Shown in pieces: positions 16,325 to 29,145 of a stretch of DNA of 64,000 nt; the first letter of the stretch is position 1, and every line of letters starts with the position of its first letter. Under the pieces are notes generated by a model that had not been told where the DNA came from, ran no database searches, and worked only from the letters and a program-made list of their open reading frames with translations. This stretch comes from Chlorokybus atmophyticus (Eukaryota; Plantae; Mesostigma and Chlorokybus algae): assembly GCA_009103225.1 (NCBI GenBank), contig RHPI01002264.1, positions 204,576-268,575 on the forward strand. The letters are read 5' to 3'. Both the position numbers and the translations under genes were made by a program.

Positions 16325-16940
16325 CCAGGTGACCTTGTATTGATTGCTAGTAGTCTGGTCTTTGGCGGACTCGTAGAGTACGCCGTTGACATCGATATCG
16401 AAGGCTACATTGATGTGCAAGACTCCGCGCGGCATGGGCGGGATGCCGCCGAGCTGACATTTGCCCAGCAGGTGGCTGTCGTATGTGTCTCGTACACTTA
16501 AACCAGCACACAGGATTCTTAGTATATGGCAACAATCTGCAAACTGTCAAGCTAATGGTCTAAACCGTGCCTAACGGCACACACTGCAGACATGAGCTTC
16601 AGCATCCACTGCAAGCATAGTGTTGACACAACATGCACCGAAAGCTACAGGAGTGGTTGAAACACATGAGCAGGATGTAGCACCTTCACACGTGCAGCAG
16701 CGGGCTGGCAGGCGCTGCACTCCACGCGAACTGTTGCTTATGTCTTTGCCATACTTGCGTTTGAGGTCTTGTACATGCAGCACACAAAATGTTAGTAATA
16801 GCCCGCATGCAAGTCTACTTAGACACCAAGTCTTATACAAGTGCAAGTTGTGAAAATTGTACCTGTGAAGTGCTGAACGAGGCGATTGCCAAGTCTTCAC
16901 CCCCAAAATGGGTGTCGCCAGCTGTGGCTCTAACCTCAAC
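16325..16940 (-). pseudogene. HSP70: Two non-contiguous fragments of cytosolic HSP70, degenerate, one intron retained
   Basis: EVRATAGDTHFGGED(F)DNRLVQHF|DLKRKYGKDIS..RGVQRL is the ATPase-domain segment. It is followed directly by HLLGKCQLGGIPPMPRGVLHINVAFDIDVNGVL.ESAKDQTT, a substrate-binding-domain segment. There is a frameshift and the intervening part of the gene is missing. Confidence 0.85.
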
Positions 16941-17704
16941 TAAGCATTCAAGTAAGCATCAATACCTGCTTGCAATACACAGTGTGAAGGGCGTTGTAAT
17001 GAATCACGTTGCTGCGAACTAGGTTGGATGTTATAAAACACAACAAAGAAAGAATGAAACACCTCAGGGGCATCGGTGCCGAGCGCCCTGCTAAGGCAGC
17101 TTGTGATGGCGACGTTTGCAGCAGGTCTAGAAGCGGTTGCAGCAGGCAGTGCCGAACAGCTTGCTTGCGTTAAGCCGACCGAGCAGTTAGTTGCGCCTTC
17201 ACACTAGCACGTGCACCACCCGCCCGCGTACCCCTACGCCAAGCCCGCCCAGCCGACCAGCATGAGCTTAGCGGCTGCACTAATCTACTGGCTTATGGGG
17301 CAGGAAACTTACAGTTACAGAAGTTGTAAGCTAATTTACGTAAAGTCGGTCACTTGTAACTTACATTGTTTTATGCTATGTGACTGACAGTAGTGTGTCA
17401 ACTGACTCGTAAGGCTTCAGTTTGGATTATTGACTGAGGCTGAGAGCCCCAATCGCGGTTAGTGCTGCACGCGATAATAACTGACAATCAACCGATAAGC
17501 ACGGACTTCGACTGACCAGTCACGCCGAGTGACTCCCTTAGTATGTGGTCGAAGTGCTGAGTGAGTCAGTATTTATTGGAAGCCGGCACTGCCGGGTCTG
17601 AAACCCTCAGTCGCGCAGATAAAAAGACCTATGGACTTAGACTTGCTAGTCTTTAGGTCTTTTAGGTTTCATGCCATTGATTATTGTGTTATTTAGGTTT
17701 TATA

Positions 17705-17895
17705 TACTGGCATGGATGTCTTTGATCAATATTGGCCCGGGTTTGTGCCAGCATTGGCATGAGCTCCTACTCTCATGCCATTGCTGGGGCGTTTGTGCTA
17801 CTATTGGTCTATAGCGTACCGACCAGTACTGGCACAATTCTTTGACAAGTTGCCAATATCGGCACAGTCTGTTCGTGCCAATACTGGCATGGGGC
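17705..17895. repeat. Second cluster of GTGCCARYAYTGGCAY palindromic motifs
   Basis: Variants at ~17745, 17823 and 17876, same motif as 15561-15885. Confidence 0.55.
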
Positions 17896-18390
17896 GCTGG
17901 CCCCATGTGTATGCATCTGCTGGTAGATCGGGCAGGGGTCTGGCTGTAGGAAAGGCGCTCGAGGGTAAATGGCATGACATGATGCATAACATAAGGCTTA
18001 CACAAGAATGAAACTTGCTTATTGAAAGCTTGTAAGTGTTTTGTGTATATGATGTACATTTATACCACTGAATACACAATATGGAATTATGTGCATATAC
18101 ATTGACCCAATGTGACATGTATATACGTATTAACGGTTTATACGGGTACGCGTAAGGGGTGTTACGTAATAAACATAGCTTATCATGCGCTTTTCCATAC
18201 GCTACAAATGCCACCACCTGACATGCCACACGCATACAATGGCACGAGTAATTACATGGAATTTTAGGTGTTTAAAACCATGTACTTTGATGACGCAAAA
18301 GCAAAGCATCACATTCGTTATTATAAATATGACCAACACGTTTTTGGGGTCGACCTGACGACAACACCTCGCAACTTTACTCTGTTAAAG

Positions 18391-18443
18391 CCCCCTTGCT
18401 TGAAGTTCCCTTGCTTGAAGCCCCCTTGCTTGAAGCCCTCTTG
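18391..18443. repeat. 15-bp tandem repeat CCCCCTTGCTTGAAG x~3.5
   Basis: Directly visible. Confidence 0.8.
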
Positions 18444-19104
18444 ACATCAAGGGGTGGGCGGAGCTGTATTACATTAAGGCGCCAAGATCAGGAACTGTTA
18501 CCATAAATAAAGCTTCCTCACCAATAAGGTGGAGCGCTGTAGATGTGAAAGGGGCTTTGTACTGCTGGGGCTCGTTTCGTGTATTATGTCCATGCTGAGG
18601 GCGGGCAAGTGCGCAACAGAGACAACAAAGTGAGTGAGCCCAGTGGTAGCTATGCATACTCAGTGCAGCTGTCCGGTGTTGCTGCTTGGCGGCGGTGAGC
18701 GCCTCAGCATGCGCCGCCTCAACAGCATGGGGCGACACGCGCTGCTTATCGCAGCGTGATTGAGCCTGCTGGCGCTTTTTAAGAGAGGCTCGTTTGCTTA
18801 TTCTGCGCAGATCAGTGCATACGCATGCATGCATGCTGACTCTAACAGTGGCAGGCCAGCTGCTCGTATGCCAAGTTGTAGCTTAAGTTGTTGCAAAGTT
18901 CATCAAGTTGTGCAATTGTGCTGATTGAGGTGATTGTGGTAAAATATGTTGATCTCTACACTAGCTGTTTGCGTTGCAAGCGCCCAGGAGACCATTAAAG
19001 CTTGACAGCTGTAGTAATAAGCTTGTGTTGCATGTAGTTGTTGGTATGTGCTTTTGCATTCAATGATGCTTAAGTTATTTGCTACAAAAACTGTTTAGCG
19101 TTGC

Positions 19105-20190
19105 GCTGCTCGAGACATCCTGGGCAACTTTGTATGCTGTATGTTGTCATACCCTAGCAGTTTTTGTAGCAACGAGGGCAATGCTTGTGGCTGCCATTGT
19201 GGAGGCGAATTCTGCATAACAAAGAGCGAGCGTGTCATCGTCAGCCATGAGGTATATACTTGACACCACATGCATAACAGCAAGAGCGAGCGTGTCATTG
19301 TCAGCCATGAGGTACATACTTGACACCACATGTTAGGTGCGCACATAAACATGTATGCATGCGCGCTTGCTTGTAACAACACGCTGAGTAGCTCGTATTT
19401 ATGAGCGCTGCAACAAGTGGGGGTCTTTCGTCCAGATGCTTGAAGCTTTCGGTTGGGTTGACCGCTGACAGTGCGTGCTTGATTGTTGATGGATGAGTTT
19501 GGTTATGAGCTGCTGGGTGTCATGCCCTACGCCTACCACAAGCTTCCAAATGGGGAGCTCGAGCACACGGCGTCTTGCAAGATGAAACCCTTCTACTTCC
19601 AAGAAGGCTAGGACCCTGCGAGACCCTTTGTCGCTGCGTGTTGCCACTCTACACACGCATGCATGCATGGATGTGCGCGCACACACACATAGACTTAAGC
19701 ATGCACACGCACAAAACTAGGCACACGCACAATCGCATGCACATGTGCCCATTCACGTGTGCATATGCATGTGTGCACCCACACAAGGATTTTCTGCCAA
19801 CCAGCACAAGGATGTGGCGAAAATGAAGTTTGGCCGCCAGCGCAAGTACGTAAAGCTGCCCGATTATGCGGGATGGCTAGCAGGCCTGTACTCATCCACT
19901 CTTCAGGAGGAGTGGACTTCGCCCCCACTTGCTCGATTTTGCCAGTACAACATGCCCCTGCTCATTATCCGGAAGGCGATGGTGAGGAACACGACCAACT
20001 GTCCACACTGGCAGGTGCACGCCTCTTCTGATTAAACGCCCACACAAGCCCTTGATGGTGATCTGCAACAAGCACACAACAGAGCGGGGCAAACCGTTAG
20101 AAAACTTTATCCTATCCCCACATTGCGCTCGCTTATAAAAAAGCAGACACAAAGGTGGGAAAAGCAATCGCATGCCACATATGACTACCA
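19105..20190 (+). pseudogene. Degenerate multi-exon coding remnant of unknown family
   Basis: Exon-like blocks (ARDILGNFVCCML..RVIVSHE; MDEFGYELLGVMPYAYHKLPNGELEH..KPFYF; GFSANQHKDVAKMKFGRQRKYVKLPDYAGWLAGLY) are separated by CA-rich intron-like DNA and contain in-frame stops. No family was recognised. Confidence 0.3.
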
Positions 20191-23100
20191 CTTGGTGATG
20201 TTGCTTATGGTGTGTTGCAACTGCAAATTAACTAGGATGTTCTCAATTGTGTACAATCGGGCAGGCGTAGCAGTACCTAAGAACAATTTAATATGTGGAT
20301 GTATAGCATCAGCATTAACAACGTCATTAGATTTGCAAGCGCATTGACACCTTGGTGTGCAGGAGTATCAGTGTTTTCCAGGTACTATAACTCACTGCAT
20401 CAACTACGGTGCTTTTCATGCAGCTATGTCACTGCCGCACTGAGTAGTCTGAGTAACGTGTATACTGGTGTCAAAGATGAGCCCATGTTGCGAAGGGAGT
20501 TCCCGCATGTCGTCATCATCAGCAGCACATTGCAAACACCACCCGCCTCCCCTTGGTACAGCTGCATGTCATGGCATAGTGTCATGCTATTCGTCAACGT
20601 CCGCGAAGTCTCCACGACCAGGCCTATATAGCCAGGCATCCACGCCTGCTATTAGCATGAGGACCGCGCACCGCACGTCATATGATTGCCACGGCTGTCG
20701 TGAGGTACGGGCATCATCATAGGTACCGTCGTAGGTGCCATCGTAGGTACTATTGTAGCTGTTCCGTTCTGGCTCAACTTGAGCTGCATCGTTCCAACGG
20801 CTCTATCGCTTGAACTCACAACTAGCCGTTGCTAGGACTGCACAGTTGTAAGTGGATGTGGCTGTACTATAAATAGCAGACATAGCCACATTGTTACTTA
20901 GCAAGACTGTAAGTTTCACAAAGCAAGGACTGATCAATGCGCCAATCTTTGCAATATATGGACTACACGTGAGCTTGGTGTGTTGTGCTTATTGTGTAAG
21001 TTAGCGAGCACACTTGCCTCACACACTCGCTGCGCTTGCTTGCATTGTTGAGCGTACACACGCATAAGTCAAGGCCTACTATCACACTTGTTAGTAGCAC
21101 CCACAGCTCTTACATAACAGGCAACATATATACATACATACATACACGGGCATCTTGCTATTGTGGGAAGGCCCTATAAGCACAGCAACTAAGTAGGTGG
21201 CTTGCTGCCTACATAGCTTCCTCTACACTTAGCTATGATGGGTGGAAGCTCTTCTCAGCTGCACACAGTTGTCCACAACAGCCTCGGCCTTGCGTACATT
21301 GATAATATTGTCATCGCGCACGCACACCATTAGCAACCAACAGTCACATCCTCAAGAAGGATTAGCCCTCGTGGACGCCCGGCTCGACAACAGTCCTCCA
21401 TCTTCATCACAATGCAGCTCAATCTGATGCGTGCCTGCTGTATACAACATTGGGTGCATTGCAATACGCAATCAAAAGATAGTGCCATATTCAGTGGAAT
21501 TAAAGCATTTTTAGGGCGGGACGGCTATTCTCGCAAGCTACTTTGGGGGCCGGAACATTGTGCTTGCCAAAGCTTGATACGAGAAAAGGTACAACGCGTA
21601 CAAATGGCTCTTTCCTTTCCTCAACTGCACCTGGGTGACCCCAGTCAAGTCCACGACCTCATGACGAAGACTTTCAGACTTTCATCCCGCAAAATGCTGA
21701 GTACATTGATGATAAGTCTGTTGCGCTTGGCCTTGCGGGCTGCTCAAGGAAGGACGACGAGTTCCCCAACCCTCGCGCTCTCTTTTGTTGCTTGCGTGCG
21801 TGATGACGCTTGTTTTGTTGCGGAATGGTCGTTACAACACAACAATGCTGTTATAAGAACACGATGTGACGTGCATGTCTACTAATACCGTCTAACACAC
21901 TGTAAAAATAATGACTGTTGTTCTGTCTTTCTGGGGGAGGAGAGTAGGGGCTTGAATCGTGGCCACTCCGTGAGTTGGATCCGCTCCAAGTTGTGCGTTT
22001 TTGTATTCACAACTAATAATTTACAAGCTATAATTGCAAGCAGAGAAGTGCAACATGTTGCAGTGAACACTCTGGGCCTACCCTAGGTGAGTCATCGCCA
22101 CAATGTAACACAACTGTTCGTTTACAATGTTTACTAACAAGCGCAAATTGATCTCTCCTCATTATTGAGACTCAGCCAACAAGGCTTAGCAAAAAAAAGC
22201 AACTGCAATGAAGAACGTTGGTACTACCTTGTAAAACCAACGCTCTTCATTGCAAAGTAGTTGCTCAAGAGCCGTCAAGTCACACACTTAAGCCACGAGG
22301 AGATTGCTAGCAAAAGGTCTTGATACGCGAAATTGCAATGTGCGCATTGACTATGTTCAAGCGACATATTGTGTCAGGTCAGCTGCTGGCCAAGGGCCAA
22401 GGGGCATATGTACTAGCATTGTGCTCCTGGCAGCCAATATACTGATGGCCACACACGGCAGCTGTCGTTGTCATACCAAATCATACATTTGGCTGGCATA
22501 CTTGTTTGCATGCGCAGGCTGTGTCAGTATAAATGAGGATGCTTGCATGCGCAGGCTAAGATGCATACATGAATGCTAATGATGCACATGCGGGCATGTG
22601 GGCACACCCGCCAGCAGTGCACGCACGCGTACAATCACTACAAAGTTTTAGCCCTTCAAAGACGTCTCATGTGCAGTGATTGTCATCTAATGTTCAGTTG
22701 AAAACGTCTGAACTAGCGGCATGCATGTAGTGTAAGTTGTTTACATTTTAAACAACATCTGAACATCACACGCTGGCATCTTACCTAACCTCAATGCAAC
22801 AATGCTTCATGAGGTGTGAGTGTGACTGTAAGACTCTGCAGCTGAAAATCAGCTGCACGTACAGCTTAAAGAAAGATGCGCGTTGAACCCAAGACACATG
22901 CGTCTTAATGTGCGCACACTTTGCAAATGGCTACAGTGACTGGCTTACCATCAGTTGCAGTTGTTGTACTTTAAGCCTTAAAGTGTAACGGTGCCATGTG
23001 CTTAGCTATAGCAACATGGAATGCAACGCGATGGATTGCAACTGACTGTGCAACAGACTACTTTGGTTATCAATATTACATTGATGCCTAATAAAGACCA

Positions 23101-23949
23101 GCAGCACAAACGCTCTTTAAAGTACGCTCTTTAAAGTACCAGAACATGCTTAGCATAAGCTCGGAGCCAACACGGATTGCGATGCCGGGCCTGTCCAGAG
23201 CTGCAGGGACGGTGAGGGCTGGGGCTTTGAGGGCGGAAGGGGCTGGCCATAAAAAGAGAGGGCTGCAGGGGCTGGGGCGGAGGGCAAGGAAGAGCTTGGG
23301 TGCTGCGGGTCGGGGGAAGCTCGTGCGGCGCAGCAGGAACTGGCGGGGCGGTGAGAGCTGGAGGGTGGAAGGTAGGAGACTGAATCACTCAGCACGGTGC
23401 AGACCGCTGAAGGGCGGAGGGGGCGTTAGGGGTGAGAGAAGCCATGTAACTGAGTGGGCCCATTATGATGGCCTGCGGCTACTTGCTGGAACCTCTGCAC
23501 ACGCAAGCATGGAGTCTGAAAAAAACGGTGCTCTCACTGCGCTGGATTTCCTGGCGTCACCCAATCATCGTCCTCCTGTAGCTCTGCAACACTTGCATAT
23601 TAGCGTGCGCTATGCCTTGGCGGTTGTTGACATGATGTCACTACATGTGCAAATGCTCAGCATTGCACTCACCTATATCACTGGGTGCCTCCTCCAGGTC
23701 TGCATATATAAGATTAGTCATTTGTTGGCAGCTTTTCGTTGCGAGCTCATGTAAGAAGCAAGCAAGCTTGCAGCGGCAAACACACCTGAATAGCTTAGCC
23801 GCTCTTCCTCAACGCCGGCAAGTGCTGTGTCTGCACCAGCTCCAACACTGTGGTGCTTGCGAGCCTCGCGTAAGGTAGCTTCACGCACACCTCGCGTCAT
23901 AACTTCACTGCAGAGGGAAGAGGATCAGGATCTGCAATCTCCACGCGCA

Positions 23950-26900
23950 CTGACTTCACAAATGAAGCTCGGTTTGCAACTTCTTTTGCAAGGACCATGA
24001 GCGTGTCCGGATGCTTGACACCCAGGGAAACGAAGAACACCTGGCCAACGATGCGATTGGCCTCAATATACGGCTAATCATCTTGCCTAAAACATTTCTT
24101 CCTTTTGACCCAGAACCGCCCCGTGTCTGTGGTAGCTTGAACACCGTTCTCAAACGGCTTCTTGAACCACTTTACCCTGCACAATACCAATTACAACAAC
24201 AGCACATCAGCACGCACGCACGAGCGCACGCACGCGCGTGTGCACAACGTCATGTACCAAAGTTGGCTTCTCATATGTTGATATTGTGACGACATGTGAG
24301 CAACATAGCCTAGCACGGTTCGTGCTGCACGGTGATAGCTTACCTCAGTTCCAATGAAGGGGATAGCAAGAATCTCCAGCACCAGGCCCTAACAGGGTAT
24401 CGTCGCCCACTCGGGATGTTGATCTCCTTTGTGGCTCCGGAACTCACTGCGAAAGCCCGCTTCCACGCCGCAATCAAAGGTTAATTTGCCACGATCAAAG
24501 CGCGATGCGATAGTGCTTGCCCTGGTAGTTCATGTGGGTGTACGACAACTAGCAGGGCAGCCAATGAACAATGCACATGATGTGCGATCAAAGCCTTAAA
24601 CATCTTCCGGATACTGCATAAGGAGTAGCTGTAGCTGGGTCGAGATGTTGCAACTCCGGAGGGATGCGCTTAGCTTCGCCGTAAGTACGCCGCAACTTGC
24701 GCCTCTTGTTTTCCCTGTCCTCGTTAACAGTCTAGCATACTGCACGCGGCCAAGCTATATTCAGCCAATAAGCACCAAACACAACATTGTGCAATGCATT
24801 GGATGAGTGGGTTGTATACTTACTCATGAAGCGTCGCAACGTCCTTGTTGTTGTTCTCGACGTACAGGTTAATCATACCGATTTCCTGCTGTGTTAGATT
24901 GCGCCGGCTTGGCGCACCTAACAACTCCGGAGTGTCGTGCAAGGGATCAACAAGAGTAATGCCAGCAAAGGGCCAGACCAACCTCAACGCCTTTGAGCCA
25001 CACATACCAATCTCCTCCAGCTCTTGCGACACAACAATGCTTGCTTCTGAAGGCTTGCGACTCGTGGCCTGCTTGCGGATGTGTTCATACGGCGTTCAGC
25101 CCCAAACATCCATGTACCCCGTACAGGGCCGCAACGGCGTAGCTGCTGCGTCGAATGCAGTACAAGATGCGTAGAAATAGTAAAGATAGATCTAGGAAAG
25201 TCTCGTTCAAGTAAGCACAAAGCTTCTAACAAGTCCAGTTCCATGCCATCCATGGTGCGCCGTTTGGCTCTTGGGTATCCATGGTGCGCTAATGCATGCT
25301 AGCGCATCGCAGAATTTTGTCAGCGTGGCGCGCTGCCTCGGTTGAAGCTTTCCAGTGGTGACAGCTGGCAGCAGTATTGTACCTGCACAACCGAGCGCGT
25401 GAGTGCACGTGCATGCACATAAGAAAGCAAGTCTAATAGCATGTACACACGCGCGACAGCTCGCATGAGTGCGTGTATGTGTGGTAGTGAAAAAGAGAAA
25501 GAGAGAGTCTGACACAGCACATGCGCACGCATAACAGCTCGCATGTGTGTTCGGCGAGGGAGACAGAGGGGGTCTGGTACAGCACATGCACATGCAATCA
25601 TTGAGAGAGAGAGAGAGAGAGAGAGCATATGTGTGTGTGGAGGGAGTAGTATGTCAGCTGAGCATGCACAAGCATGGCTGAAGACTTACCTATATTGTGC
25701 AAGTCGTGAGTCTTGGCTTTGAACCTGCCTCCGCCTGTCAGTGTGGCAGCTAAGGAGCTACCACCAAAGTGCGATGGATAGCGCATGGGCCTCCATGTCC
25801 TGCGTATGTCATCGATCTCGTCCGCCACGAATGGCGCAGGTGGCTTGGTGACATATTCTTTCCCCTTTTGTTGGTTTTCATGATCGACCACAGTTCCTGA
25901 TGAATTCGTTGCTCCATAAGATTGTACCTGCAAGCCATACATGAGCATGCATGGTCATATACACAGACATGGCACAAAGAGTGTAAGGGAGCTGCATCAA
26001 TGTAATAACCTCAACTTGCCTGTCTTTGACGTCGTCTCCTTTCTTCCCTGTAAGACACATGACAATGCGCTTGATTGTGTTTGACACACAACGCACGTGG
26101 TCGACAAGATGTCCGGGGACTTGTGCCCAATATGGCAGCACAGTAAATAGAGATACACCCTTGACTCCACTCTCCCGAGCAAGGTCTTGATGTGCAGGCC
26201 CTTCATGTGCTGCAGCTTCACGTGCAGCACGTTGAACAAACTCTGGCGATATCGGCGCTGGTGGTGGCTGCAGCTCGTGACTGCCCCATTCCATGCTGGT
26301 TCGGAAAGGTTGGTTGAGGGGTAAACTGGCGGTGCTTGCAAAAGACGCACTTCCTTAGCCATGGCATGTACTCCCCCTTGAAGTAGGGCCCGCATAACGC
26401 ATGCAATGTGTCCTCCAGTTTGCCGATTAGCTACTTCTCCATACCCTGGGTAGTCATGCAAGCATGCTATAAGCATTGCCTTCACGCGAAATAGCGACGG
26501 TGGATGGGCAGGCGAGCTGACATCCACAACTTCAACACCTCGATGCTATAACACCAACATCTCTTGTATCAGCGGAAGTAAATATGTTTGTAGAGCTTGC
26601 GGCTCAGCAGGACCTACGCACGCATGTGTATCAATGCATATATGAAGCAAAGCACATTTGCATATCCATTTGACTATTGCCTAAGTGCTTACCCGGGATG
26701 ACACCAATGGTCCACATGCACTCTGTCTTGAAAGTCAGCCACGGAAATAGGTTGTAGCAGAAAACTGTCAAGGGCCAGACCGTGTACGAGCTCTGCGCTG
26801 ATGGTCCTCGCTTGAATGGGTTAACCCCATCAGTCGTGAATCCAAGCCTTGGATGACGCGGGTCCTCACGAAACTCAGCATAGCTTGCCTCAAGCTCAGA

Positions 26901-27750
26901 CCACGTTGGGGAGTCATGAATGCTACGCATCCATTCATCAGCAGAACGCTTTGTGGCATGCGCAGTCAGCTTGCTGGAAAAGTCTTGCAAGCGAAAGGCT
27001 CGCTTGATGCGCGGAATTAATGGCAGATAGTGGAACACTTTCTTGGGCGTAAGGACACCTGAACGCGACGATTGTGCATTCTACCTGGCAAGCGTTTGGA
27101 GTTAAGCAAGTGGTTGCATTTGCCAGCCAGAAGGGTGAGATACATACGTAGTAGTTTGGTTTGCAAGCTTTACATGCACTCTCCGCCATGGCATATAACA
27201 CTTGCCTTGATGAAAGGCAAATGGGACAGTGTTGCGTGTTTGCGTGCGCTCCCCAAAACAGCATGCAGTCATCCTTACATACATCAATGCGTTGTGCCGG
27301 CAGTCCCATATGACGGAGGACACGCAGAAGGTGATGCTTATTGTGAGGCAACTTGTTGCCATGTGGTAGCATGCGCTCATGCAGCAGTGCGGATAGGCGA
27401 TCAAGATCAGTTGCACTGGAAGTGCCTTTCACTCTTAAGTCCAACAATAGTAAAGCAGCCATCCCCACTGTCAAGTCACTACGTGGAAACAGCGCCTCCT
27501 GCTGCATGTGCGATAGATCCTCGCAAAACGTGTCCACATCTGCCTCCCTTGCCTCAAACTCATCTAGAAAGTCAAGTTCATCGACCTCCACTCCACCATT
27601 GCTTTCACTAATGTCAGAACTTGCAGCACTTTCAGTCCGTTTCAACCGCTTCACCAATCGTGCTGCGCAACAGGGAAGATGTGTTGATAGAGAGGGAGGG
27701 TTAGGGTTGTGCTTCATCACGTCATCTTCATCACAACAATCACGCACAAT
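23950..27750 (-). mobile_element. CACTA/EnSpm TnpD-type transposase gene (Transposase_21 + DUF4218 + DUF4216-like), spliced and decayed
   Basis: RIDVCKDDCMLF; FHYLPLIPRIKR..IHDSPTW..DPRHPRLGFTTDGVNPF..VWPLTVFCYNLFPW; FRVKAMLIACLHDYPGYG..GHIAC; LFTVLPYW; LCLLERDFPRSIFTISTHLVLH..CGPVRGTWMFGAER. Frameshifts and stops are present. Element termini were not identified. Confidence 0.9.
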
Positions 27751-28539
27751 ACCTGTCTACCCACGAACTTGTGGGCAGCGCTGCTGGCTCTTCTTCCCAT
27801 GTGTTGCTCGAAACATCCGCTGTGTGATGCTGCACGGTCTCTTGTACATTCACCTCGACAGTAGCCGCGGTCGCATTGTGTACTACTACATTGTGGCTTG
27901 CCTGCCATGCACGTGTAAGCCTCTGGGTTCAAGTGTTGTGTACACTTATGCAGTGATTCTAATAAACACTGTGCGCGCGCTCGCGATGGCATTGTATGTT
28001 GCACATTTAGCTCGAACCAGCCACATTTCATAACTAAATAATAATAGTTTAGTGCTGCCTTACCTGGTGATGCACCTGTTGGTGTTGACCGCCAGCACTG
28101 GCATGATTGGACTGCAGTACACATAATCTCAAGGAGGATCTCAAGAAGGTTCAACGCGTGCCAGTGCTGTATTTTGATCAAATAGACATAACTTATTGCA
28201 TACACAATGCTGGCACAATTTGCAAAGCAATAGCAGCAACGCTTACCATGCGTCCATACTTCAAAATATGTCGAGTTTGTGTGCCCACATTGACTGGTGT
28301 CGGCTGAAGCCCTTGACAACTGTTGCAAGCGCAGTACAATTCATCATGCTTGCAGTCGTGACGGAAAGGTTGCATGCTTGTGATGTCTTTTGCGCACAGC
28401 TCTGGCATGCACACGTGAGTCATAGTAGATGACGCTTGATCTTAGCCATGCATTCAGACGTATATTATGTGGTTACTATATGCGCGCAGCGGCAGTGCAA
28501 CAACGCAGCTCTTAAGAGCCTTGCAAGCAGCTGGCATCG

Positions 28540-28758
28540 GCTGTGTGGGCCTTGAAATAGCACATATGGCTGTACATTATTACATGCATGTGCTGTCTAG
28601 GTACTAGTAGGATAGCATGCCTGCACAGCAACAAACCACTGAGCGCAGCGGCTGTGTGGGCCTTGAATAGCACATAGGGTTGTACATTATTACACACATG
28701 TGCTGTCTAGGGATTTCTGAGATAGCATGGCTGCACAGCAACAAACTACACAGCGCAC
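28540..28758. repeat. Two tandem ~110-bp direct repeats
   Basis: Units start CGGCTGTGTGGGCCTTGAA at 28540 and ~28648 and end GCACAGCAACAAAC..AGCGCA. Confidence 0.8.
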
Positions 28759-28825
28759 CTTGCAGTTGGACAGCAAGCAGCGCAGCAATTGCTGCGCTGC
28801 TTGCTGTCCAACTGCAAGGTGCGCT
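28752..28825. repeat. Perfect 74-bp spacerless palindrome
   Basis: AGCGCACCTTGCAGTTGGACAGCAAGCAGCGCAGCAA followed by its exact reverse complement (37-bp arms, centre CAATTG). Confidence 0.97.
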
Positions 28826-29145
28826 CAGTAGTTTGCAAACTGCTGAGCACATCTAGTGGTTAGACTGGGTTGCATAGCAAACACTTACCTTCTGAGGCAG
28901 CAGACTCAACAACCCAGCTGCAACTTTGCTGCATTGACCTTCTCCCAGCTCCCGTCGCCGCCAGCGACCTCCGCCGCTGCTAAGTTAGCGACCTGAGTAA
29001 ACCCTAATAAAAACAACAATGCACTGCATTGGCAGCTGTAGCTCATCGCAGTCAGAATGGCAGCCTGACCAGAACGGAGGGCTCAGCTGCAGCGCTAAGT
29101 ATAAAGGCAGCTGCTCTCCGTCCATGCAAGGAGCTTTTTCCTTGC

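Noticed and set aside
18391-18443. Short direct repeats as a possible CRISPR array
   Set aside because: Units are contiguous with no unique spacers, there are no cas genes and the context is eukaryotic. The same applies to the repeats at 28540, 50002 and 62086.
15121-28060. CACTA/CACTG pentamers as termini of the large CACTA element
   Set aside because: No pair gave extended TIR similarity with a 3-bp TSD, so the element boundaries were left undefined.
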